Origin: Planctomycetota bacterium
GTDB taxonomy: Bacteria > Planctomycetota > Planctomycetia > Pirellulales > Pirellulaceae
Length of the DNA stretch: 64,000 nt
Direction of reading: 5' to 3'
Assembly: GCA_038534355.1 (NCBI GenBank)
Contig: JBCAWX010000016.1
Location: forward strand, 68,449-132,448
A program made the position numbers and the translations under genes. Under the pieces are notes generated by a model that was not told the DNA's origin, ran no database searches, and saw nothing but the letters and a program-made list of their open reading frames with translations. The first letter of the stretch is position 1; each line of letters starts with the position of its first letter. Shown in pieces: positions 30,825 to 41,000 of the stretch.

Positions 30825-32167
30825 TCACCTCACGAAACATCACGACTGGCGATCATCATTTTGCCAACGCCCGATGGTTGTTGCAGCTGCGTTGGGTTGC
30901 GATCATCGGACAGATTGCCACGATTATCGGTTCCATGCTGCTATTTCAAATGCAGATCCCGATGGCGTGGGCGCTTGTGGTTGTGATCGCTTTGACCGTC
31001 ATTTCCAACCTGTTTCTGAGCGTCTGGTTTGGTCGCTGGCGAACGATTGACCAGCGATTGAACTTGGACGAATCGCCACTTCCCTGGAACCTGATTCTTG
31101 GGTTGGTCTTGATACTTGACATCCTTTGCTTGACTGCATTGCTATGGACCACGGGCGGGCCAAACAATCCGTTCTGTTTATTCTTTTTCGTGAACCTGAG
31201 CCTGTCAGCGTTGCTGCTGAATCGATCCTGGGCCTGGGCAATCAATGCGTTAACGATCGGTTGTTTTTCAATACTGATGTTCATGCACTACCCTGTTGAG
31301 CAGCTGGATCTGGGCCTCAACACAGTGACCAGCTGGAAGAGTTTTACACTGGAGCACATGGGATTCTTGGCTGCTTTTGCAACTTGCTCCAGTGTCATTA
31401 CCTATTTCATGACTCGTTTAACAGATGAACTTCGTCGACAACAGATTGAGATCCGCCGAGCTCAACAGCTGCAAGCGAACAGCGAAAAAGTAGAGGCGTT
31501 GGGCACACTGGCTGCAGGCACAGCACATGAATTGGCAACGCCGCTGAGCACCATCGCGATCGTTGCCCGCGATGTCGAGCAAGCATTCGAAGAACATCCA
31601 CCCGATTTTCCCGGCGCCGAAGAAGTCATCGAAGATGTCCATCTGATTCGAAGTCAGCTCGATCGCTGCCGCAAAATCATCGATCGAATGTCCAGTCATG
31701 CGGGTGAAACCATCGGTGAATCAATTGAGCCGACCAGCATCGAAGAAATCACATTGCAATCGCTCGACGGTATCATCGATCGTGGTCGAGTCCAGGTTGA
31801 GATGGCCAATGATGACAAACAGCAAACCATTCTGGTGCCACGCGACGCTCTTTGCCAAGCGATGAGAGGTTTGATTCAAAACGCGATTGATGCCGACCCA
31901 ACCGACCGCGCGGTATTCGTCGATGTAAAACGAGAGCTTTCCAGCTGGTTGTGGAAGATTCGCGATCAAGGACAAGGTATGTCGGACGAGCAATTAAAGC
32001 GGATCAGCGAACCATTTTTTACGACCAAAGCCCCCGGTAAAGGGATGGGGCTTGGTGTGTTTCTGGCTCAAAACGTCATTGGTCGATTAGGAGGATCGGT
32101 TGAGTTCGAATCCCTGCCAGGTCGAGGAACAACGGCGCTGGTTCGACTGCCACAGGATCCATCATGA
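30821..32167 (+). CDS. RegB/PrrB/ActS-like sensor histidine kinase
   Basis: [18 protein letters not shown]-box [24 protein letters not shown] boxes NAIDA, DQGQGM, FFTTK..GKGMGLG. The TTG at 30821 overlaps the upstream TGA. Confidence 0.85.
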   Translation: MITSRNITTGDHHFANARWLLQLRWVAIIGQIATIIGSMLLFQMQIPMAWALVVVIALTVISNLFLSVWFGRWRTIDQRLNLDESPLPWNLILGLVLILDILCLTALLWTTGGPNNPFCLFFFVNLSLSALLLNRSWAWAINALTIGCFSILMFMHYPVEQLDLGLNTVTSWKSFTLEHMGFLAAFATCSSVITYFMTRLTDELRRQQIEIRRAQQLQANSEKVEALGTLAAGTAHELATPLSTIAIVARDVEQAFEEHPPDFPGAEEVIEDVHLIRSQLDRCRKIIDRMSSHAGETIGESIEPTSIEEITLQSLDGIIDRGRVQVEMANDDKQQTILVPRDALCQAMRGLIQNAIDADPTDRAVFVDVKRELSSWLWKIRDQGQGMSDEQLKRISEPFFTTKAPGKGMGLGVFLAQNVIGRLGGSVEFESLPGRGTTALVRLPQDPS

Positions 32168-32209
32168 ACATGCATGTCGGAGCCAAAGTCCGAAACTTGC
32201 CACACCAAT

Positions 32210-32242
32210 AAAAAAAGACCCGATCAATTGATCAGGTCTTTT
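32210..32242. terminator. Bidirectional intrinsic terminator between the kinase gene and rplU
   Basis: AAAAGACC-C-GATC-AATT-GATC-A-GGTCTTTT hairpin with A/T runs on both sides, between convergent genes. Confidence 0.8.
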
Positions 32243-32273
32243 CAAATTATTTTGCTGTCTGATCGACAGGTTA

Positions 32274-32582
32274 TTAGGCGATGCCTGCGATCTGTACTTT
32301 CACGTATTTTTGACGGTGACCTGTGCGTGTCTTGCTGTTCTTTCGACGTCGGAATTTCTGGACGAAGATCTTGTCACCTTTGGTTTCGCCGAGAACCTTC
32401 GCCTTGACGGTTGCACCTTCGACGGTCGGTTTTCCCAGCTTGATTCCTGAATCGTCAGATACGGCCAAGACGCGATCAAAAACCAGTTCATCGCCAGGAT
32501 TGGCCTCACGGTAATCGATTTCGAGGATCTGGCCTTCTTCTACTTTGTATTGACGTCCGCCGTCAGCAATGATCGCGTACAT
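32274..32582 (-). CDS. rplU: 50S ribosomal protein L21
   Basis: MYAII..GGRQYKVEEG...G.KI.V.KFRRRKNS..R.GHRQ.Y..V.I. Confidence 0.97.
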   Translation of the reverse strand: MYAIIADGGRQYKVEEGQILEIDYREANPGDELVFDRVLAVSDDSGIKLGKPTVEGATVKAKVLGETKGDKIFVQKFRRRKNSKTRTGHRQKYVKVQIAGIA

Positions 32583-32954
32583 TTTGATTCCGTGTTCTCT
32601 GACACCATTCCAACAAAAATAGGACGGTCAATTCCGTCCATTCGAGTGTCGCATTCTAGCCAATTCGAAAAACATGGTCGAGGGCCAAAATACGGGCGAC
32701 AGCAGTATTTTTCGGCTTATTGGCCCTTCCTCTGCAGGCTTGCGTCATCCGATTTTCGATTTCAGTGGTTTTTTGATGATGGATCGCCCTAATCTGAGAT
32801 GAAAAACGAGACCATGTTTGGCAATTTCACAATGGTACCGCTGCTGGTCACGTTGCCCAAAGACCAAGCTGACGCTCTTCGAGCAACGATGGCCGATCCG
32901 AGTGAGTACTGAACGGCTGACGAACATTCATCGCTGCTTGCGAATCGAACGCTA

Positions 32955-33446
32955 CTAGAAAATCGGTTTTCGGCCCAGCTTTCGACGAACAACCGCCCAT
33001 TGTCCTGCGTGCATCATCCAGTGAGCATCTTGCAAGACAAATGCCGCTCCGACTGTCGGTGCGTAGCTGCGAATCGACTCGTCGGTCTCCTGATCAAGCG
33101 TCTCTGGCGTCATTTTTTCCAGGGCAATCAACGTCGCAGCTCGTTGTCTTCGATACTCGGCGATCAAGTCCGCTTTGCGTAAAAACTGGCTGGCGTCATC
33201 TTGCGAGGCAGTTTCCGATGCGTAGCGATCTGCAAATCCAGCGGGTAGTTCCGGCATCGAATTGGGAACACTTTTGCTGATCATCTGGTGCTCCGATGCG
33301 ATCAGATGTCCAACTTGCCAGTTGATATGATTCGCTTGGGGTACCGGTCGGATCAGCATTTCTTCGTCCGTCAGGTCCTCCAAATAGGCCATTGAAATCA
33401 TCTCCGCGGTGTCCAGGGCCACTTTGATCGCCGCTTTTGCGTCCAT
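32955..33446 (-). CDS. DinB family protein
   Basis: NHINWQVGHL and HWMMHAGQ His pattern. Confidence 0.8.
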   Translation of the reverse strand: MDAKAAIKVALDTAEMISMAYLEDLTDEEMLIRPVPQANHINWQVGHLIASEHQMISKSVPNSMPELPAGFADRYASETASQDDASQFLRKADLIAEYRRQRAATLIALEKMTPETLDQETDESIRSYAPTVGAAFVLQDAHWMMHAGQWAVVRRKLGRKPIF

Positions 33447-33596
33447 TGTTCGATTCCGTCGTTGATCGGGATAATTGGATTTCTATTAAAATGGTCGATG
33501 GAGTAAACTGTATCAGATCGATCGCACTTTTGTATTGAGTTGAGATGGGTCAAGTCAACGAGTATTCGATCGTAACCATCTTCTTCGAACGACAGC

Positions 33597-35183
33597 ATGT
33601 CCGAATCAGCTCAAGAAGTTCTGCATGAATTGACTGCTGCTGGTCTCTTGTCTTCTGACCAAGCGACCAAGTATGGAGCTGAGATAGAAACCGGCACTGA
33701 GGTACTGCTGCAAAAGCTGATCGACGACGGGCACATTACAGAGTATCAAGCGCAAAAGTTTCGCGACGGAAAAGCGAGCGACATCTATTTTGGCGACTAT
33801 GTCGTGATCGACAAACTCGGCCAAGGCGGGATGGGCACAGTGCTCTTGGCTCGTCATCGAAGAATGGATCGCCAAGTCGCAATCAAAGTTCTTCCCGTTA
33901 CCGTGTTGGAATCCAAAGATGCGGTTGCCCGTTTTTATCAGGAAGTCAAAGTTGCCGCTCAGCTGACACATCCCAATATCGTGTTGTCGTTTGATGCCGG
34001 TGAACACCACGGATTTCACTACCTCGTGATGGAGTATGTGCCCGGTCATGACCTTGCCGAAGTTCTCAGTCAACTTGGTCCCATCCCCATCCCGATGGCG
34101 CTCGACTATGTCTCTCAAGCTGCCAAGGGTCTCAACTACGCGCACGGAAAAGGCGTCGTTCACCGTGACATCAAACCTTCCAATCTTTTGCTCAATGACG
34201 AAGGTGTGATCAAGATTTTGGATATGGGTTTGGCAAGACTTGGGACAACGATCAATCAGGAAGTCACGCAGTTGACAACGACCGGGCAAGTGATGGGAAC
34301 CGTCGAGTACATGTCGCCTGAACAGGCCGAAGACACTCGACAGGCCGACGTTCGTTCCGATATCTATTCGCTTGGTTGCACGTTGTATCGACTGTTGACC
34401 GGGCGAAGTCCGTTTTCCAGAGACACGGTCGTCAAAACAATTCTTGCTCATCGCTCCGACGCAATCCCGCAGATCGAAACTGGATTTCCCGAAGACAATG
34501 AGGTCAACGGACTCTTTCAACGCATGGTGGCCAAGAAACCTGAGGACCGCTTCCAATCAACGTCCAGCTTGATTGCCGCAATTGAGCATATCGAACAAGG
34601 CGGCTCGCTAAATACGTTTGATTCCCAAGCCAACCCGATCATGAATTCACCTCCAGATCGGCCGGCCTCCCCCATGACTCAAGTGACTGCGGCAACGGCG
34701 ATCGTAGAACGTTTCAACAGTCAAGCCGAACCGGCGGATTTACCCGAAGCACTACCCGTTTCGTCGTCTGCGCCGCCTTCGACTCGTCCTCGATTGGGTC
34801 CCGGCAATGTTCAGTACATCTCGGATGATTCCGTTCCGATGCCGCCCAACTCAGAAGTCATCTATATTCCAGAATTGACATCAAAACGGAATCGTATTTC
34901 ACGTGCTCGCGATTGGATCAAAGCGGATCGGAGTCGTGGAATTGTGCTGTGGTCCATCTTCGGAGTGCTGGCGTGTTGGATTCCTGTCGTCGGTGTTTTG
35001 GTGAGCTGGTTTACCTGGCGGGCCGCCAATCAAGATTTACGAGATATGGCGAATGGGCGACGGGACCCGCAACGAATGTGGTTGACTCGCTCTGGCAAAA
35101 TTGTTGCCATCTTCACGACGGTCATTGGGATTGTCTTTACTGGTCTGGCAATGGGTGGGGTACATCCGATCCAACTTGGCTGA
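33597..35183 (+). CDS. Ser/Thr protein kinase with a C-terminal DUF4190-like membrane anchor
   Basis: LGQGGMGTV, VAIK, HRDIKPSN, DMG, GTVEYMSPEQ, Pro-rich linker, two TM helices. Confidence 0.9.
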   Translation: MSESAQEVLHELTAAGLLSSDQATKYGAEIETGTEVLLQKLIDDGHITEYQAQKFRDGKASDIYFGDYVVIDKLGQGGMGTVLLARHRRMDRQVAIKVLPVTVLESKDAVARFYQEVKVAAQLTHPNIVLSFDAGEHHGFHYLVMEYVPGHDLAEVLSQLGPIPIPMALDYVSQAAKGLNYAHGKGVVHRDIKPSNLLLNDEGVIKILDMGLARLGTTINQEVTQLTTTGQVMGTVEYMSPEQAEDTRQADVRSDIYSLGCTLYRLLTGRSPFSRDTVVKTILAHRSDAIPQIETGFPEDNEVNGLFQRMVAKKPEDRFQSTSSLIAAIEHIEQGGSLNTFDSQANPIMNSPPDRPASPMTQVTAATAIVERFNSQAEPADLPEALPVSSSAPPSTRPRLGPGNVQYISDDSVPMPPNSEVIYIPELTSKRNRISRARDWIKADRSRGIVLWSIFGVLACWIPVVGVLVSWFTWRAANQDLRDMANGRRDPQRMWLTRSGKIVAIFTTVIGIVFTGLAMGGVHPIQLG

Positions 35184-35371
35184 CCGTAGTTTTTTGCCCG
35201 TCGGCGCGTGGTTTCCCATCCTGTTTAAGGATCGATTTGGTCGCGGAATCTGCTGTTTTTTGATTCGCCCATTTTTAGAATGACGCATTTCCAGTTAAAC
35301 TTGTCCTGGGACACGTTGTCATGGTCAACGTAGTTGGTCCGTCGACGTCATGTTTTTTCTGTGAGTTATTT

Positions 35372-35770
35372 ATGTTTGCCTGTTGCTCTCCGACCTCTGG
35401 TTTCAAATCACTTTCCGTCATTTTTGGGATCGGGCTTTTGGGTTTGATGTTGGCATCCGGATGCAATCGCGTCGAGCCATCCAAAGAAGCCAAACTCTTG
35501 ATGACCAAGCCAGCTGACGAAGTCGAATTTACCTACGAAGAGATCATGAAAATGTCCAAGGAAGACTTGGAAAAGAACATCGCGGATCTCTCCAAACGAG
35601 TCGAAGAGAAACGAAAAGAACTTCCTCCCTCTGTTGCAGGTGCCACCGCTGGTTCTGCGGTACAACCCAAGAATGATGGCATCCAAACGCCATCTACTGG
35701 TGACGACGTTCCAATCGAAGCGATGGCACTCCCTTTGGAAGTAATGCGACAAATTGTCGAAACGAAATAG
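35372..35770 (+). CDS. Hypothetical lipoprotein
   Basis: Signal peptide with lipobox LASG|C. Confidence 0.65.
   Translation: MFACCSPTSGFKSLSVIFGIGLLGLMLASGCNRVEPSKEAKLLMTKPADEVEFTYEEIMKMSKEDLEKNIADLSKRVEEKRKELPPSVAGATAGSAVQPKNDGIQTPSTGDDVPIEAMALPLEVMRQIVETK
35648..35770 (+). repeat. Copy 1 of a 123-bp diverged direct repeat (3' end of the lipoprotein gene)
   Basis: Aligns without gaps to 37846-37968 with 13 mismatches by hand count. Confidence 0.9.
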
Positions 35771-35811
35771 CGTTGGTACAAGAATGAGTCGTGAGACATC
35801 AAATTTATAGG

Positions 35812-37689
35812 CTACTTTCCTGAAATCCGGATCATCGAATCCAAACCGTCCAAGTTCAATTGAACGGCTTCTTTCGCGTCCATTTCTTTTCGATGACCAA
35901 GCACTCCAATCGGGCCATCGTAGCCAGTTTCAACCAATGCCTTAATCATTTTTGATTCGTGAGATCCAGAACCAATGGGCATGATTTTGTTGGCCTTCGT
36001 TTTTTGATCCACCGATTCCGGATCGGCCATACCATTGAGATTCACACAGAGCAAATATGGCTTGAGCATATTGATGGAGCTGGCAAAAGATTCAATATGT
36101 TCGTGACCATGGTGAAAGTTGTAAACGATGCCAACGTTGTCGAGGCCATGTTTCTGGCGCAGCAGCTTGCAAGCCGCGATCATGTTCTCCGGTTGACCCG
36201 CAAATCCGCCATGGTTGTAGATGCCGAATTTCAAACCGAGTGATTTCGCCGTTTTGGCTCGGGCGGAGAATTGATCGACCATTTGTTCGATTTTTTCTTC
36301 CTCGGTTCCCTGCAGCTGTCCTCGATACATGTCCCAAATCTGCGGCTTGATTCCATGTTTGCGAATCAACGGCTCCATTGATTCTTCCCAATTCCAAAAC
36401 GCAAAGTACTCGATGTCGTTTTTCTTGTACTCAAGAATTTCCGTTTCAAATTCAGGTATATGGTTTTTACGCCAGTCGTAGGCAACACGACGAAGACCCA
36501 AGTCTCGAACCATTTTGGCACGCTCTGCTGGTCCGCGGTTTTTTGCATCAAATGGAACGATGCACCAAGCAACCAAATTCTTTTTCTTGAAATTGTCGCC
36601 CGTTTTGATTTTCGCGTCTGACGATTTATTCGTAGCGGACTTTTTGTCTTGCAAACCAATTAATGCTTCCGCCAATGCACCACCAATTCGGTTATAGCAT
36701 TTGACGCTTCCCAAGTAATGATAGGGTCGATCGGATCCGACCGTATTCCACTCTTCAAGGTTTTCTTTCCAACCTTTTTTGAAAACTGCGTCCGCTTCCA
36801 TATCCCAATACTGGTCCGTGTGAACGATGGCGACATTGCCTTTAAATTCAGTCAGGTCACCGACGGCAGCTTGATTTCGTTTGAATTGCTCTTTCTTTTC
36901 GTTCTTCTTTGCTTCGTTCTTTCCACCCACGCCAAGCACGCCAATCACGAATGGCAAGTTGGGTTCGTCCAGATCTCTTCGTACATCACGAATGAAATGT
37001 GCCATCAGGTCCGTATACGCCGGAATAAAATCGGCATTGACCATGTCGTTGAATCCCTGGAACCAAGCGAAGCCCGCGATCTCGTAGCCCTGGCCTTGGT
37101 AGCCGGGCACATAAGAATCAATGTCAGCCAATGATTCCTTAACGTCCTTCATCATGGCTCGATAGTAAAAGCCGTAGGATTGCTCAATGTCCTCCATTTT
37201 TGTTTCTGGTTTTCGTTTGCGCGCTTTCTCGAGTTGTTTTTCAAGCGTCGCCGCATCCGCTTTTCCACCACTCGGCGAACGGAAGTCCCGGTATAGCGAT
37301 TTCCCACCCCAGGCAGTTTTGATCAACAAAACTGGTTGTTCGTATTGATCCCCGACGGTGAAACCGAATTGAAGTTCGGGTCCAATTTTGTCTTTGCTGC
37401 CAAACCCCGCCGTCAGTTTTCCCTTACGATCGAGAAACTTGATAAAGACATCATCCCGTTCGATTAGCTCACCATCTTTGTGGAGGTGAGCAAATATTTC
37501 TTTTGTCTCTGGTTGCATCATTTGATGCTTGAGCAACGCAACTCGTGCCTTGCCTTCCATATTTGACTGGCCGGCAAGAATGAAAACCTTAACCGGAAGT
37601 TTGGAAGACGCTTCGGTTTGGGCGTGAGCGGCGGTGCCGACGCCGATACAAACAAGCAGCGCGGCAATCATTGAAAAGTTGATTTTCAT
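35812..37689 (-). CDS. Secreted sialate O-acetylesterase-like (SASA) domain fused to a xylose-isomerase-like TIM barrel
   Basis: VFILAGQSNMEG, IKTAWGG, WFQGFND, YHYLG. Then NLVAWCIVPFD...YNHGG...YNFHHGH...VNLNG. Confidence 0.75.
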   Translation of the reverse strand: MKINFSMIAALLVCIGVGTAAHAQTEASSKLPVKVFILAGQSNMEGKARVALLKHQMMQPETKEIFAHLHKDGELIERDDVFIKFLDRKGKLTAGFGSKDKIGPELQFGFTVGDQYEQPVLLIKTAWGGKSLYRDFRSPSGGKADAATLEKQLEKARKRKPETKMEDIEQSYGFYYRAMMKDVKESLADIDSYVPGYQGQGYEIAGFAWFQGFNDMVNADFIPAYTDLMAHFIRDVRRDLDEPNLPFVIGVLGVGGKNEAKKNEKKEQFKRNQAAVGDLTEFKGNVAIVHTDQYWDMEADAVFKKGWKENLEEWNTVGSDRPYHYLGSVKCYNRIGGALAEALIGLQDKKSATNKSSDAKIKTGDNFKKKNLVAWCIVPFDAKNRGPAERAKMVRDLGLRRVAYDWRKNHIPEFETEILEYKKNDIEYFAFWNWEESMEPLIRKHGIKPQIWDMYRGQLQGTEEEKIEQMVDQFSARAKTAKSLGLKFGIYNHGGFAGQPENMIAACKLLRQKHGLDNVGIVYNFHHGHEHIESFASSINMLKPYLLCVNLNGMADPESVDQKTKANKIMPIGSGSHESKMIKALVETGYDGPIGVLGHRKEMDAKEAVQLNLDGLDSMIRISGK

Positions 37690-37845
37690 AATTTCTCGAT
37701 GACAAACTTTTGAAACGTTTACCTGATAATTCTAGTGATAATTTTTCTTGCTGACATCTTTAAACCAACAGCGGCTCTATTCTGAACAAGTCTACTCAGT
37801 TGCCGAATATTGAATCTTTGAGTTTGTCCGTCGAGGAGACTGGAC

Positions 37846-37968
37846 GCTGGTTCTGCGGTACTTCCCAAAAATGAAGGCATCCAAACGCCATCTATTGGTG
37901 ACGACGATCCGATTGAAGCGATGGCACTCCCATTGGAAGTGATGCGACAGATCGTCGATACGAAATAG
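37846..37968 (+). pseudogene. Orphan copy of the lipoprotein 3' end (repeat copy 2)
   Basis: Encodes AGSAVLPKNEGIQ...QIVDTK*. There is an in-frame TGA at 37819-37821 and no ATG/GTG/TTG start in between. Confidence 0.8.
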
Positions 37969-38017
37969 CATTTGGATCTTCAAATTCGTAGATAGTCTAT
38001 TCCAGAATATTCATCCA

Positions 38018-41000
38018 CTAAAACGCTTCAAAGGTCTGCGACTCCAGCTGAAACCGCAAGTTATCTCCCTTGATGCTCATGGGTAAGCCATCATCTTTTG
38101 ATAGCTGCGTCTGGATCTGAGCATTGCCATAAAGAAGCACCGTTTGCGTAGGTTGACCTCCTTCTTCGACAGGTGCGTATTTGTACTCGATCTTATTGGC
38201 TGTAAACATGTCGCCGCCATCTGGGGATGAGATCGTCGCTCCTCCATCAAGCGTCACGTTAAACAGTTCATTGTCTTCTTCGATCGCGATTCGAAATTTG
38301 ATTTTCGCCGCTGATAGATTCATTTCCTCGTACCGGGCCTTACCGTCTCCGCTCAATTCAACCTCGAGTGAGTCGATTGCGTGATCACCTCTTTGGATTT
38401 CGAGTCTGCCAGTATCGGCTTGAAATGACAAGTCACTACGGTTGTTGGAATAAAACTTGAACTTGCGACCCGTAATGACCGCAAGTGTTCCATCTTCGCT
38501 GACTTCGATTTGAGCGTTACCCGTGACACTGGTCCGCCAACCCGACTTGCGCAACCATTCTGCGATCGACTCGCTCGAACTTGCCGATGCCTGTTTTTGT
38601 TTGTCCGATTGTCGCTCCGTCTCCAGAAAGAACTCAAACTGCTGTGGTCGTTTGAAACGATTGGCTGGGACACGATTGGGTTGAGGCTGCGGTGACAGCA
38701 AGCTTTCAAAAGTTACTTTGCGCACAGTTGCCGTTACCAGACATGCTTGTGACTTTCCTTTTTTGTCTTTGTCGAAGTAACAAAATGCCGCTGTATTCTT
38801 GTCTGCAGGCAAGGTAAGCTTTGATTGAATTTCTCGAGTCGATACTTTTGGTTGTTGCAGAAATACGTCTTTGCCGATCAGCGTCATTTCAATTGTGTCG
38901 ACTTCGGTAATTTCCCGGATCGTGATGCCACACTCGAGCGTCAGGTCACCCGCTGGTGATTGCGTCACTTTTTGATTCAACGTACGACCCTCTTGAATCG
39001 TTTTAACGATTGGCTGAAAGTTGTTTGCTGACAGTGGCTGATTCGGATCAAGTTTTTGAAACTTGGTGATAAATGGCCGCATGGTCGCATCGATGACCTG
39101 AGCCGGTTTTCCTAAATTGGTCCTCACTGTTGGGGCTTGCACGACGTTGTGACGAAACAAAGCTCGAAGCTGTTTGTCATCTAAAAACGTATGCAACGAA
39201 AAGTGAGTATTCGACGAATAGGATGCTGTTTGAACTTCTGGAGTTTGCTCTACCAATTGGCCCTGTTGTTCGCCCGTGACGCTATCTTTTTCCAGTTCGT
39301 CTCCTCCGTTGTTTCGGTGAGATTCGACTTCGATGTTGGAATAGATCCGTGAGGCATACGGCAAATTAGCAAGGAAAGGCACCACGTGCTTGGTTTGCCG
39401 TTCGTTGAACGCCTCATCGGAAATTGCCCAATCCAGTTTTAGTTTTTGTAACGCTTTATGATCCATCGTGAGAAAACGGGTCTCGATGATGATTTGATCC
39501 AAACCATGTTTTCGCCAATCGCTCAACTTCGCCTCGATGGTCTTGGCGTTTTTGGCAGTGGTCAAAACTCGCAATCGGTCGCCCGTCAACGTCACTTGAG
39601 TGGATGAGTTCCATTGAATGGAATTGCTGATCTGCTTGACGATGGCTTCTTCCGGCGTCAGATTGTCGGTGAATCTTCGTTGTCTGACTTTCTTGAGAAC
39701 GCCAGGAATCGACCATTGATATGTTTGTGCGGCTTCCGATTCCGGTAATTGAATCCGATCGATCTCCTGTTGAATTCCAACTGAGGTCAGGGCATCTTTT
39801 TCTCGGACCAGTTTGAATTCGGGACCCTTGGGGAAGTATTGAATATCGTCACTCAAGTAATAGGCACTTGGCAGGGTCTCGCCATTTATTCCATCATCTC
39901 TTGGCTTTTCAACCAGTTGGGCCGATGCGTCTTTTTTCTCTGGTTCAGCCGGTAACCACTGCTTGATTCGATGCTGGGTTTCTGCCTCATCTGATTGATG
40001 ATCGATTCCATGTGAATCCAGTTTGCTCTGATTCGAGGCGTTCGAAGTGGCTTTGCCCTCCTGAGCCCGAAGGCCCATCGCAGCGCCCGGCAAGACCAGA
40101 CAACAACTGATTCCCAAAACAAGCCAAGCCCACCAAGGCGTTCTTTGCTTGCATCCGTTTCCAAGTTTCATCACTCTCTCCAATCGAGCGGTTGTAATAT
40201 CGATCGGCCGAATCCCCGGTACGACCGGGGCGGCTCTCAATCGATGCTTCCATTCCAATACTTCAATCAAATTCTTCGCGTAGCTGACTGGACTACAGTT
40301 GAGCGACGCAATGGTTTCTTCATCACAACTTTTTTCCGACTCAAGGGTTACCCGCCGACAAGCCCACCAAACCAGTGGATGAAACCAAAACAGGCACCCG
40401 GCAATGGTTTGCAATAGTGCCCACCACAGGTCTCCGCGACGAATATGAATCAATTCGTGAGCTATGAGCGTTGTCAGTGTTTCGGAATTGACTTCGTCGA
40501 CATCGACTTCACTATTCTTGTCATCCCGCAACGCTGCATTGGTTTCGATTAGCAGCCGGGGTAACAGGACGGTTGGCTTCCAGAGTCCAATCACAGCCGG
40601 TCCGACCAAACTCTCGGTGACCATCAAACGGACCGGACGAGTAAGGCCTACGCGTTCTTTGATCGGAGTCAGCCAATCGGCTTCCAGTTGCCTCTCGATG
40701 GTTACGTCACAACGTCGGCGCTGGATCCAGATATAAAAGCAGATCCATCGAATGAACGCGACCAACAAACTCACTGCGACGCCACCTAGCCAAAGCCAGG
40801 CAGCCCAAGTTGCCCATGTAATTCCGCGTGTCGAACTTGAATCAGTATCTGAGTCGGCCGTGGTTATGTTTGTTGCGGCGTCCCTTGATGAGTCAAACCG
40901 ATCATCTGGTCTTCGATTGACATAAACGACTACCGGTTCAATCTTGTTTCGTGACCATGATGGAAGTTCTGCCAGCGAATCATGTTTAGAAGCCGGCGAC

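Noticed and set aside
33606-34556. Long antisense ORFs (also 13449-14426, 43685-44503, 15085-15786, 23839-24582)
   Set aside because: They lie opposite well-supported genes and have no motifs. Such shadows are expected from codon bias.
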